A stretch of DNA of 64,000 nucleotides from Spirochaetia bacterium (GTDB taxonomy: Bacteria; Spirochaetota; Spirochaetia; CADAEX01). Where the stretch lies: contig JAZURI010000002.1 of the NCBI GenBank assembly GCA_045606105.1, positions 96,001-160,000 of the forward strand, written 5' to 3'. The translations under genes and the position numbers were made by a program. The notes under the pieces are model-generated. The model ran no database searches and had not been told where the DNA came from. It saw nothing but the letters and a program-made list of their open reading frames with translations. Shown here in pieces: positions 37,897-46,892 of the stretch (positions are counted from its first letter, which is position 1; every line of letters begins with the position of its first letter).

Positions 37897-39357
37897 TTAA
37901 AGGTCGTTTCCTGTATATGACAGGTTAAAGCTTTTGTTACAGAGAGGGAAATCGGATATTCCGTTGTTCCTTACTGCCATGGCAAGTGCAAACCAGTTGG
38001 AAAAGGACGGGTCCTTAATTTTATATCTGGCCAGCTTTCCCTGTTCATCTGTAATCGCTGCATGGACTACCTCTCCTCTCCAGCCCTCTACCATGGAGAT
38101 GGCAAAAGTATTTTTCTCATACTCCTGACTTCTGCAGACACATATTTCTCCCTGCTCCTTATCAAGTCTGTCGAAAATATGGTCTATAATTGCAAAGGAA
38201 TCGATTATTTCATTGTAACGAAGCATGAAACGGGAATAGACATCACCCGTATATCTGAACTCCATGGGCCTGAAGTCTGATTCTTCATAGAAGCTGTCGG
38301 GAAAATTATATCTTGTATCAATGTCGATACCGCAGGATCTTGCTGCCATTCCCACCACACCCAGCTCCTTGGCTGTTTCATGGAAAACTATACCTGTATT
38401 TTCAAGTCTGGACATTACGGAGGAGCTGCCGAGCATGGCCTTTACCATCCGTACCACATCCTTCTTTACCTTTGCAAAGGTTGTTCTGGCAACAGCAATA
38501 AGCTCCCGGTCCGGATTGTAGTTTATACCGCCGGTGGTGATAAGACCTCTTCCGAAACGGCTGCCGGAGAATTCCAGCATGGTATTGATTACCAGGGTTC
38601 TGGTAGCTCCGAAAACAGAGGCTCCCATAAGGTAGGCAATGTCTCCGGCAATGGCACCCAGATCTCCGATATGGATGGCGGCACGTTCCATTTCAAGAGC
38701 CATGATTCTGACAAGACGGGCCCTCTCAGGAACCGTAATTCCCATGAGAAGCTCCATTACCATGGAATAGGCTGTATTGTAGGCAATAACACTGTCGCCG
38801 CATATGGATTCTGCCAGCTGGTTTGAAGGGCGTCTGAGCATAAGCTCCTCTACCCCTTTATGCTGGTATCCAAGCATGATTTCAAGGTGATAGACATCCT
38901 CGCCGCTGCACATGAACCTGAAATGTCCCGGCTCAATGACTCCGGCATGGATAGGACCGACAGCAACCTCGTGGACTTCCTCTCCGGTCATCTTGAAAAA
39001 TTCATATTTGTCCTGATTCTTTCTTACCGGCTTGAGCCATGGGTGGCCTTCCGGATAAATACCGAATTCCTCATAAAATTCCCTTTCAAAAATATGAAAT
39101 GCAGGAATTACCTCGGTAAAGGCTCTGTAGCTTTTTACTTCAGGTCTGAATATGGCAGAGGAAAGATAGATATCCCCATTTTCATCATCAGCCAGGGCAA
39201 TGTAAAGACGGATACCGTCGGAAAGGGAGTGTCCGAAGAACATCAGAGGCCTGAAGCCCATTTCCTCTGCTTCCTTTCTGAGAAGACCGATATCAGCCAC
39301 CGGTATGTCAAAGCTTTTTACTTTTGTATTATTCTTTATTTTCAACCAATCAGTCAT
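37897..39357 (-). CDS. ehrL: Ehr large subunit (NuoC/D- or HycE-like, NiFe motifs degenerate)
   Basis: VGPIHAGVIEPGHFRF, EGWRGE, KIKDPSF. 'ESICGDS' and 'DFPLCNKSFNLSY' replace the two CxxC motifs. Confidence 0.85.
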   Translation of the reverse strand: MTDWLKIKNNTKVKSFDIPVADIGLLRKEAEEMGFRPLMFFGHSLSDGIRLYIALADDENGDIYLSSAIFRPEVKSYRAFTEVIPAFHIFEREFYEEFGIYPEGHPWLKPVRKNQDKYEFFKMTGEEVHEVAVGPIHAGVIEPGHFRFMCSGEDVYHLEIMLGYQHKGVEELMLRRPSNQLAESICGDSVIAYNTAYSMVMELLMGITVPERARLVRIMALEMERAAIHIGDLGAIAGDIAYLMGASVFGATRTLVINTMLEFSGSRFGRGLITTGGINYNPDRELIAVARTTFAKVKKDVVRMVKAMLGSSSVMSRLENTGIVFHETAKELGVVGMAARSCGIDIDTRYNFPDSFYEESDFRPMEFRYTGDVYSRFMLRYNEIIDSFAIIDHIFDRLDKEQGEICVCRSQEYEKNTFAISMVEGWRGEVVHAAITDEQGKLARYKIKDPSFSNWFALAMAVRNNGISDFPLCNKSFNLSYTGNDL

Positions 39358-39360
39358 AGA

Positions 39361-40767
39361 CTAAAACCTCAGGAACGGAGGCACATAGACTCCGAGTGTA
39401 AATACCATGGTCAGAAGGATTATCTGGGGCACATACATGCACCAGGAAAGCTTCTTTCTGTTCTCCCTGACCTGCTCTTCCTTATCCTCGGCTACCTTAC
39501 CGAATGTCATGCTGAAAACAACCCGGGCAAAGCCGTGAAGAATTACGGTAAGAAGAATCACAAACAAGGCACACATGAAATAGTGGTGCTGGGCAAACAT
39601 GACCTTGATTATGAGATATTCGCTGATAAAAAGGGATGATGTAGGAAATGCACAGATGGCAAGATAGGAAAAAATCCAGAGCCACCCTGTTTTCCTGTCA
39701 ATGCTGTTAAGACCTGATACACGGCTGACACGTCTTGAATCATAGAGCTCAAGAATGTTTCCGGAGGTAAGGAAGAAGGAGGCCTTGGCAAAGGAGTGTC
39801 CTATGACATGAAGCATGACTGCATACATGGCGGCAGGACCAAGAGCTGTACCGATGGCAAGGATTCCCATGTTTTCCACGGAAGAATAGGCAAGCATACG
39901 CTTGTAGTTCTTTATCTTGTTTACATAAACGGCAGTAACCAGCAGGGAGGAGAATCCCATGACCAGAAGAATGAGCCGGCCGTAGCTGTCATGTCCCGAT
40001 GTTTCGAGGATACGGAGCACCCTGAGAATAACCAGGAAAGCGGAATTGAGCAAAGTTGCGGACAGCAGTGCCGAAATAGGACTCGGAGATTCGGAATGGG
40101 CATCCGGCAGCCAGAAATGAACCGGAGCAAGTCCCATCTTTGTACCGAAACCGAAAACGATAAAGACAAAGGCTGCCTTCATCCAGAACGGATCGAACTG
40201 GAAGGAGTTGCATGCCAGGATAGCATAGTTCAGCGAGTTTACCCTGTCGGTGGAGATATTGAGGAGGATAATACCTACAAAGGCCAGTGCAATACCGACA
40301 GAACAGATAAATACATATTTCCAGGCTGCCTCGATGGAGTTTCTGGTCCTGTTGAAATAGATGAGATAGGCTGTGGTAAGTGTTGTGGCCTCCACAAAAA
40401 CCCAGGCAAGCCCCAGATTGGTGCTGAGGGTTGTTCCTGTCATGGCAAAGATGAAGATAAGCATCAGGAACATGTAGAACCGGATTCTCTTTTCCTCATG
40501 CTTCATATGCTTTATATAGCCGGTGTTGTAGACAGCTGCCATGAGAAATACCACGGAAAGCACCAGAAGGAAGATCTTGTTGGTATTGTCTATGGCAAAA
40601 TAGCGTACCGATGAAAGATAAGTGTCATGGGTAAATACCAGGATACAGCTTATGACAATATGGAGCAGAGCATAGGAATTGACGGCAAAAACATCAAATG
40701 CCCTTTTCTTTATTATAAAAATGAGAAGACCAGCAACAAGCGGATAAATAAGGAGAATATCAATCAT
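39361..40767 (-). CDS. ehrD: Antiporter-like membrane subunit (HyfF/EhrD)
   Basis: WVFVEATT, EAAWKY, TKMGLAPVHFWLPDAHSESP, KRMLAYSSVENMG. Confidence 0.85.
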   Translation of the reverse strand: MIDILLIYPLVAGLLIFIIKKRAFDVFAVNSYALLHIVISCILVFTHDTYLSSVRYFAIDNTNKIFLLVLSVVFLMAAVYNTGYIKHMKHEEKRIRFYMFLMLIFIFAMTGTTLSTNLGLAWVFVEATTLTTAYLIYFNRTRNSIEAAWKYVFICSVGIALAFVGIILLNISTDRVNSLNYAILACNSFQFDPFWMKAAFVFIVFGFGTKMGLAPVHFWLPDAHSESPSPISALLSATLLNSAFLVILRVLRILETSGHDSYGRLILLVMGFSSLLVTAVYVNKIKNYKRMLAYSSVENMGILAIGTALGPAAMYAVMLHVIGHSFAKASFFLTSGNILELYDSRRVSRVSGLNSIDRKTGWLWIFSYLAICAFPTSSLFISEYLIIKVMFAQHHYFMCALFVILLTVILHGFARVVFSMTFGKVAEDKEEQVRENRKKLSWCMYVPQIILLTMVFTLGVYVPPFLRF

Positions 40768-41404
40768 TTCCGGAATCCTTCAGCTCAGAAAGCTTTGATA
40801 CATCAAGATTTTTAAATTCCTTCTCTATGAGATTGACAAACATTCCAAGGATAAAGATATCCAGGAATACCTCGAAAAGTACTCCGGCATTGACCAGAAG
40901 CGGCATCTCCTTGGCTATGGAAAGGGAAAGAAGGAAAATTCCGTTTTCCATTGCAATGAATCCGATGATACTGGAAACAATGTTGTGTTTGACGGTTATG
41001 AGCCAGAGACAGATGATAATGGATGAAACCGACACTCCGAAATGAATCGGGGAGATGATCGGATAGGACTGAATCCAGTTCTGTGACAGGATACCTGCAA
41101 GAAGAACAAGGCTGGCTATGAGCAGTGAGAAAAAGTGAGGCTTGCCGGGAGCTTCATCCCTGAGCATACTGTGTTTTTTCAGGATCCTGGTCAGAAACCA
41201 CGGAATAAGGATAGCCTTCACACCCAGGGTTTCCAATGTAAGGAATATAAAGCTTCCAGGATGCAGCTTGTGGATTTCAGTACAGCAGATAAGGAACAGG
41301 AGAAGCCCCTGCCATACGAGAAGCCGTATGTGGGCCGCCAGCCGTCCCGTAGCTGCAAAATAGAGCATTGTAAAACCGAAAATTACTATAAGGCCGTTTT
41401 CCAT
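40760..41404 (-). CDS. ehrC: Hydrogenase-4 component E-like membrane subunit (HyfE/EhrC)
   Basis: 'KAILIP', 'GFIAMENGIFL', 'EMPLLV', ending 'LSELKD'. Confidence 0.8.
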   Translation of the reverse strand: MENGLIVIFGFTMLYFAATGRLAAHIRLLVWQGLLLFLICCTEIHKLHPGSFIFLTLETLGVKAILIPWFLTRILKKHSMLRDEAPGKPHFFSLLIASLVLLAGILSQNWIQSYPIISPIHFGVSVSSIIICLWLITVKHNIVSSIIGFIAMENGIFLLSLSIAKEMPLLVNAGVLFEVFLDIFILGMFVNLIEKEFKNLDVSKLSELKDSGND

Positions 41405-41405
41405 A

Positions 41406-42317
41406 TCAACCTCCGAAGCCGTTGGCTACAGCCAGGGCCAGAACAACAAGGGAAAGGGAATTCATGATGAAAACGAATTCAAACACACGGGACATCCTGA
41501 TTCGTGCCATGGCCGATTCCACGGTACCTATTATCAGGGAAATGATGACCACGATACCCAGATAAAGAGCCAGGGCAACAAGTATCGGAAGCTCCGGCGG
41601 AAGGATAAGGTTTATGATGATGGATGAAAGGAGCAGCATCTTTATGGAATTTCCCCATGTAAGGAGAGCCAGGTCGGATGCGCTGTTGTCAAGGATCATT
41701 ACCTCGTGGATCATTGTAAGCTCAAGATGGGTTGCAGGATCATCCACCGGAACCCTGGAGCCCTCTATAAGGATCATCAGCATTATGGAAACTGCGGTGA
41801 TAATGGTAATAAGAAGTCCGTAACCCTCGGCCACTGTTATCATGTTCACCACGCTGGCAAAGGTATAGTTTCCGGTAACCAGCATTATGGAAGCAAGAAT
41901 AATAAAGAAGGCAGGCTCGACAATGGTTGTGAAGCAGGCTTCACGGGAGGCTCCCATTCCTTCAAAGCTGCTGCCTGTATCCATGGCACCCAGCAGGGAA
42001 AAGAACTTTCCGATTCCGAGAAGATAGGCAAAAAGGATGAATCCTGCCTGGATATTTATTATGGTGGTTCCGTTTACCAGAGGAACGAAGGCAGAGGCAA
42101 ATATCACCGCACAGAAGGATGCAACCGGGGCAATGATAAATACTGCCGATGTGGTGGTGCTTATCACGAAATCCTTTTTCATGAGTCTTATGAAATCATA
42201 TAACGGCTGGAACAGGGATACCCCTTTACGGCCTCCCCAGAAGGCCTTTGTCTTTTTAATTATTCCCATCATCAGGAAAGGAACAAGAAGCACTACGGCT
42301 AAGTTAATAAAAATCAT
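41406..42317 (-). CDS. ehrB: NuoH/HyfC-like membrane subunit (EhrB)
   Basis: GRKGVSLFQPLYD, DTGSSFEGMGASRE, RVPVDDPATHLELTMIHE. Confidence 0.88.
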   Translation of the reverse strand: MIFINLAVVLLVPFLMMGIIKKTKAFWGGRKGVSLFQPLYDFIRLMKKDFVISTTTSAVFIIAPVASFCAVIFASAFVPLVNGTTIINIQAGFILFAYLLGIGKFFSLLGAMDTGSSFEGMGASREACFTTIVEPAFFIILASIMLVTGNYTFASVVNMITVAEGYGLLITIITAVSIMLMILIEGSRVPVDDPATHLELTMIHEVMILDNSASDLALLTWGNSIKMLLLSSIIINLILPPELPILVALALYLGIVVIISLIIGTVESAMARIRMSRVFEFVFIMNSLSLVVLALAVANGFGG

Positions 42318-42326
42318 TCCGCCCCC

Positions 42327-44186
42327 TTAAAACCAGAAAAGACCGAGAATAATCAGCACAAGGAAGCCAAGACCGTACATTATGTAATGCTGCAGGTTTC
42401 CGTTCTGTATCTTTTCAAACCGGCTGAGGAAAGAGAGACTTCCCTTCAGCATTGGATTCAGTACATAAATCTCTTCTATATCAAGCATTGAAGATTCGTA
42501 ATGGGCGCTGTGAGGAAACAGCTTCTTAGGCCTGGCAATGTTGAAGACCTTCTTGAAAAGAGGTCCCAGCACCGATACCAGAGGCTTTCCGTAGGAGGAG
42601 GCTGTATACTGCATCCTCGGATCCGGTCTGTCATAACCGCATCCCCAGGTTTCGTATGAAGAGGCATGCTTCTTCATGTAGACAAGCTTGATTCTGACCA
42701 GAAGTGCCACCACTGCAATGAAGGTTACCGCAACCACGGAAATCACACTGAGGGTCTCCATCACAGAGAAGGCCTCGGCAGGGGGAACAAATCCAGCAAA
42801 TTGGCTGACAGGACCGGCAACAAAGCCGATAAACAGCTGAGGGAACATACCCACTGTAATGATAAGCATGGCAAGAATGCTCATAGGAAGTATCACTGCC
42901 TTGCCGGAGCTTTTCTTTTCGATGCGGGCAGCATCTGTTCTCGGCATTCCCAGGAAGGTGATACTGAACATCCTGGAGAAGCAGAGGATAGCCATGGTAC
43001 CGATAAGAGCCAGGGAGGCAAGTGCGAACATGAGAACCGTAATCGCATTGAAGCTGAAGATTCCCAGACCTCTGATTATTCCGAAGTAAATAAGGAATTC
43101 GCTGATAAATCCGTTAAGAGGAGGAAGACCGCAGATTGCTATTGATGCCACCAGGAAAAGAGCACCGGTAACAGGCATTGTCTTTATGAGTCCCCCCAGG
43201 GATTCAATATTTCTTGTATGTGTCTTAAGGTAAACGTTTCCGGCTGCAAAGAAGAGAAGCCCCTTGAAGAGGGAATGGTTGAAGACATGGAAAAGAGCAC
43301 CGGCAAAGCCCAGGAAGGTTACCAGCTGGCTTCCGTAGGAGATTCCCAGCATTCCCACACCGATTCCTATTCCGATGACACCCATGTTTTCGATACTGCT
43401 GGCTGCAAGGACACGCTTCAGGTCCCGCTGGGTAACGGCATGGAGTATACCGTAGAGTCCGGTAACGGAAGCAACTATAAGGACTGTATATGCAAGCCAT
43501 CTTTCAGGAACACCGATCATGTCAATGGTTCTGAGGATTCCGTAGATACCTGTCTTGATCATGACTCCTGACATGAGACCGCTGATATGGCTCGGTGCCG
43601 CAGGGTGTGCTTCCGGAAGCCAGTTATGGAAAGGAAAGAAGCCGGCCTTGATACCGAATCCGAAAAAAGCAAGAAGGAATACCACAGGAAGCGGTCCCCT
43701 GCTTTCGAAAAGGGCAAAGGAGGCTATGATGAAAAGGACGGAAACATGCATGAAAACCAGATAATGGATTCCGGCATTGAGAACTTCCTTTTTCTCATTT
43801 TCAAAAATAACCAGGAAAAATGAACTGAGAGACATTATTTCCCAGAAAACCAGGAACATGAGCCCGAAGCTGCAGGTTACAACCAGCTCCATGGAAGCAA
43901 GAAGCAGAAGGAAGAAAAAAAGATGGCTTCCTACCCTTTTCCCCTTCTCCCTGTATGGCTTCAGATAGCCGTTCATGTATATGGCAGCCATCAAGCCCAT
44001 CACTGCTATGACTACCAGGAAAAAAGCACTGAGCTGATCGATACATATCGCAAACCGTCCGAGAACGGGATTGAAGAAGAATTCAATTTTTAATGTTGTA
44101 CCAAAAAGCAAAACCCTCAATGCCACAATAAGCGACGGAAACACTATCAGTCCCGCTGCCACTGCTGCAATCAGAATCATATTCAT
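42327..44186 (-). CDS. ehrA: Antiporter-like membrane subunit (HyfB/EhrA)
   Basis: WEIMSLSS, WLPEAHPAAPSH, NHSLFKGLLF, GLPPLNGFISE, TWGCGY...MQYTASSY. Confidence 0.88.
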   Translation of the reverse strand: MNMILIAAVAAGLIVFPSLIVALRVLLFGTTLKIEFFFNPVLGRFAICIDQLSAFFLVVIAVMGLMAAIYMNGYLKPYREKGKRVGSHLFFFLLLLASMELVVTCSFGLMFLVFWEIMSLSSFFLVIFENEKKEVLNAGIHYLVFMHVSVLFIIASFALFESRGPLPVVFLLAFFGFGIKAGFFPFHNWLPEAHPAAPSHISGLMSGVMIKTGIYGILRTIDMIGVPERWLAYTVLIVASVTGLYGILHAVTQRDLKRVLAASSIENMGVIGIGIGVGMLGISYGSQLVTFLGFAGALFHVFNHSLFKGLLFFAAGNVYLKTHTRNIESLGGLIKTMPVTGALFLVASIAICGLPPLNGFISEFLIYFGIIRGLGIFSFNAITVLMFALASLALIGTMAILCFSRMFSITFLGMPRTDAARIEKKSSGKAVILPMSILAMLIITVGMFPQLFIGFVAGPVSQFAGFVPPAEAFSVMETLSVISVVAVTFIAVVALLVRIKLVYMKKHASSYETWGCGYDRPDPRMQYTASSYGKPLVSVLGPLFKKVFNIARPKKLFPHSAHYESSMLDIEEIYVLNPMLKGSLSFLSRFEKIQNGNLQHYIMYGLGFLVLIILGLFWF

Positions 44187-44201
44187 TTTACTCCGGATAA
44201 A

Positions 44202-44234
44202 TTTTATAGTATATTTATTATATATACTATAAAA
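44202..44234. promoter_or_regulatory. Perfect 13-bp inverted repeat upstream of the ehr operon
   Basis: TTTTATAGTATAT-N7-ATATACTATAAAA; the minus-strand TATAAT lies at its centre. Confidence 0.55.
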
Positions 44235-44303
44235 GGCTATTTGACAATCAGCTGATTTATTGCGATATTTAAATTAATAAAATTATTCAGGAGTGATCTA
44301 TCA

Positions 44304-45002
44304 ATGTTTGATTTTTCAGCAACAGGTGTACAGAGCGTACAGGAAAGAAGTCTCATAAGAAATGTTTATCTCTGGATGACAGCAGGACTTGCCCTTACCG
44401 CAGTAGCATCATTCTACATGATGAGCGATCTGGCAAGGCTGAACACCATCATGAAATCCGGAACTCTTTTCGGACTGTTCATTGCGGAATTTATTCTTGT
44501 GTTCATGCTTTCAGGAAGGATTCTCTCCATGTCTCCGCTTACTGCAACACTCTGCTTCGGTGCCTACTCCGTCCTTAACGGAATCACCCTTTCACCTATG
44601 CTCTATCTCTATACCCAGGCCAGCCTGACAACCACCTTTTTTGTTACTGCAGCCACATTCGGTGCCATGTCCCTCTATGCGGTTACAACAAAAAAGAACC
44701 TTGCCGGCATGGGACAGTACCTTTCCATGGGGCTTATAGGAATAATTATTGCCTCTGTGGTAAACATGTTCCTGGGAAGCTCATCCTTCGATTACATGAT
44801 CTCATTTGCAGGTGTCCTTCTGTTCTGCGGACTCACTGCCTTTGATGTACAGTATATCCTTAACATGAGCAGAAGCTATTCCGGTGCCATTGATGAAACC
44901 GACTACGTGAGATTCTCCATTCTCGGAGCCCTCAAGCTTTACCTGGACTTCATCAACATGTTCATTTTCCTTCTCAGATTTTTCGGAAGAAGAAACGACT
45001 GA
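44304..45002 (+). CDS. Bax inhibitor-1/YccA family membrane protein
   Basis: VYLWMTAGLALTA, LTAFDVQ, ALKLYLDFINMF. Confidence 0.92.
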   Translation: MFDFSATGVQSVQERSLIRNVYLWMTAGLALTAVASFYMMSDLARLNTIMKSGTLFGLFIAEFILVFMLSGRILSMSPLTATLCFGAYSVLNGITLSPMLYLYTQASLTTTFFVTAATFGAMSLYAVTTKKNLAGMGQYLSMGLIGIIIASVVNMFLGSSSFDYMISFAGVLLFCGLTAFDVQYILNMSRSYSGAIDETDYVRFSILGALKLYLDFINMFIFLLRFFGRRND

Positions 45003-45541
45003 TGCGTGTTACCGGTGGTATCTATTCAGGCAGACAGGTGAAATGCCCCAAGGGGATTATCAGACCTTCCATGGACAGGATGAGGGAATCGGTATTCTCA
45101 ATTCTCGGCAATCTGGAGGGTCTCTCCTTCCTGGACATGTTCAGCGGTTCCGGTATCATAGGAATCGAAGCAGCCTCCAGGGGGGCAGAGCCTGTTGTTC
45201 TGGTTGAAAAGGACTTTATCAAGAAAAATGTCATAAAGGAGAATATATCCTTTGTGGAAAGTGAGATTTCTCTCCGTCTTATGTCGGTGGAAAGATATAT
45301 CCAGTGCATGCCGGACGGAAGCTTCAACCTGATTTTTCTGGATCCTCCTTTCCCAAGACAGAAGAAAAAGGACCTTATCTACAAGATCGGAGAATCGGAG
45401 CTTCTCAAAGAAAACGGAATACTCATGATTCATTATCCTCAGGAGGACAACCTGAATGAGGAACAGTTTGAGAAGTTCGACCTTATTGACGAAAGAAAAT
45501 ACGGCCGGTCAATTGTCCTTTTCTACAGAAAAAAGAGTTAA
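45002..45541 (+). CDS. rsmD: 16S rRNA m2G966 methyltransferase
   Basis: MRVTGG, RPSMDRMRESVF, LDMFSGSG, FLDPPF, RKYG. Confidence 0.92.
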   Translation: MRVTGGIYSGRQVKCPKGIIRPSMDRMRESVFSILGNLEGLSFLDMFSGSGIIGIEAASRGAEPVVLVEKDFIKKNVIKENISFVESEISLRLMSVERYIQCMPDGSFNLIFLDPPFPRQKKKDLIYKIGESELLKENGILMIHYPQEDNLNEEQFEKFDLIDERKYGRSIVLFYRKKS

Positions 45542-46029
45542 ATGAAAATTACTGCCGGGAAACAGAAATGGAGTACCGCCAGGATTATTGCCCCTATTCC
45601 TATCATTCCCTTGAACTTTTCGGTAAATGAATAGAATTTGTTCAGTTTTTCGGAAAAATCCTCTTTCTCCTTCTTGATGACTATAACTTCAGGCTGCTCA
45701 CCGGCCCCTTCGGCAACGGTTTCAGCTTCAATAACGGAAGACTCATCTTTCTTGATGAGTTTGTCATGAAGGAAATAGAGACAGATTACAAGTGAAGAAA
45801 CTGCTATGAAAAGGTCTCCAAGCACAGGAACATCATCGCAGAATACGCTGATTATCTTGAACAGCCCTGTAATACCTGCAACAATTGCAAATACAAATCC
45901 GGTTTTCCCGTTGTCAAGAAATTCCTTGATTTTGGTAACGGCAGGGAATTTATTTGCAAAAAGCTCGTTTGCGAAATAGAATCCTCCGATAAGGTTCACA
46001 AATATTGCAAGAAAATAGAATTGTACCAT
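45538..46029 (-). CDS. Hypothetical membrane protein
   Basis: GAGGAG RBS; four hydrophobic segments, 'PVLGDL', ending 'LHFCFPAVIFI'. Confidence 0.7.
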   Translation of the reverse strand: MVQFYFLAIFVNLIGGFYFANELFANKFPAVTKIKEFLDNGKTGFVFAIVAGITGLFKIISVFCDDVPVLGDLFIAVSSLVICLYFLHDKLIKKDESSVIEAETVAEGAGEQPEVIVIKKEKEDFSEKLNKFYSFTEKFKGMIGIGAIILAVLHFCFPAVIFI

Positions 46030-46063
46030 ATGATGCTCCTCTCCTGATTAAATAATACAATCA

Positions 46064-46888
46064 TTATTGCTGAACAGTCAATTTGTTTTTTTCATCTTCC
46101 AGCATCCGGTCCACCACCTGAAGCTTTTTCCGGAGACTCTTTATTGCCTTCTCCAGCTTGTCCTTCTCGGCCTGAAGCCTGTTTACCGGTGACGGGATAT
46201 CCTCCGGTTCCGGAGCCTGCCGTACTATGTTGGTCTTCACGGTATCTCCCGACTCCCCTTCCAGGAATGCCTTCTCGGCCACTTCCCGCTTTGCCTCATC
46301 CTTTATGCCGGCCACTGTTTTCATGTTGTCATAGCCGATGGCAGGATTGATATCATACTGCTCTATCTTCAGCAATGTGCCTGCGGTTGTCTTTTCGATA
46401 CCTAACTCACGGTCCACATAGTCATCGAAGCTGAGATGCTTTTCCAGACATTTTTTTCTTACCTCCATAAGTACGGAGGCAAATTCCTTCATCAAGGTTC
46501 CGTTTTTAAGAAGAAATTCGTTCTTTATCCTTTCTGTAAGGGCAATGAACTCCTCATCCGTACGGAATGGATTGGAATAGACACCGAGCTCTTCTGCCCT
46601 GCGGAGCAGCTCGTGGAAAACGGCCCAGAACTTTCCGGTATGGCATCGGTTTGAAAGAACCACACCGCCGGACCTGTAAGTAACCACATGGTGGGCAAAT
46701 TCATGGATGGCAGTATACATCAGCTCTGCATCGGATTCCATGTTCTTGTTGTGAATGATTATTTCCTTGGTGGAAGGCATGTAGAGCCCGTTTACCTTTT
46801 TGCTTTTCTTTCCTGAAAAAAGCAATGTGAAAGGGGGAACATCCTCTGCAAGGCTTCTGAGTTTTTCTGCTACCTGATCCTGATTCAT
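46064..46888 (-). CDS. Hypothetical zincin (HExxH) protein with C-terminal helical/coiled-coil region
   Basis: 'GLY...EIIIH', TAIHEFAHH, HTGKFW. Confidence 0.7.
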   Translation of the reverse strand: MNQDQVAEKLRSLAEDVPPFTLLFSGKKSKKVNGLYMPSTKEIIIHNKNMESDAELMYTAIHEFAHHVVTYRSGGVVLSNRCHTGKFWAVFHELLRRAEELGVYSNPFRTDEEFIALTERIKNEFLLKNGTLMKEFASVLMEVRKKCLEKHLSFDDYVDRELGIEKTTAGTLLKIEQYDINPAIGYDNMKTVAGIKDEAKREVAEKAFLEGESGDTVKTNIVRQAPEPEDIPSPVNRLQAEKDKLEKAIKSLRKKLQVVDRMLEDEKNKLTVQQ

Positions 46889-46892
46889 TCCA

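Noticed and set aside
37897-39357. Formate hydrogenlyase or [NiFe]-hydrogenase call
   Set aside because: Both CxxC NiFe motifs are broken and no maturation or fdh genes are present.
35732-44200. Integrative island at the tmRNA 3' end carrying the symporter and ehr genes
   Set aside because: No integrase and no duplicated tmRNA 3' end were seen; an old acquisition cannot be excluded.
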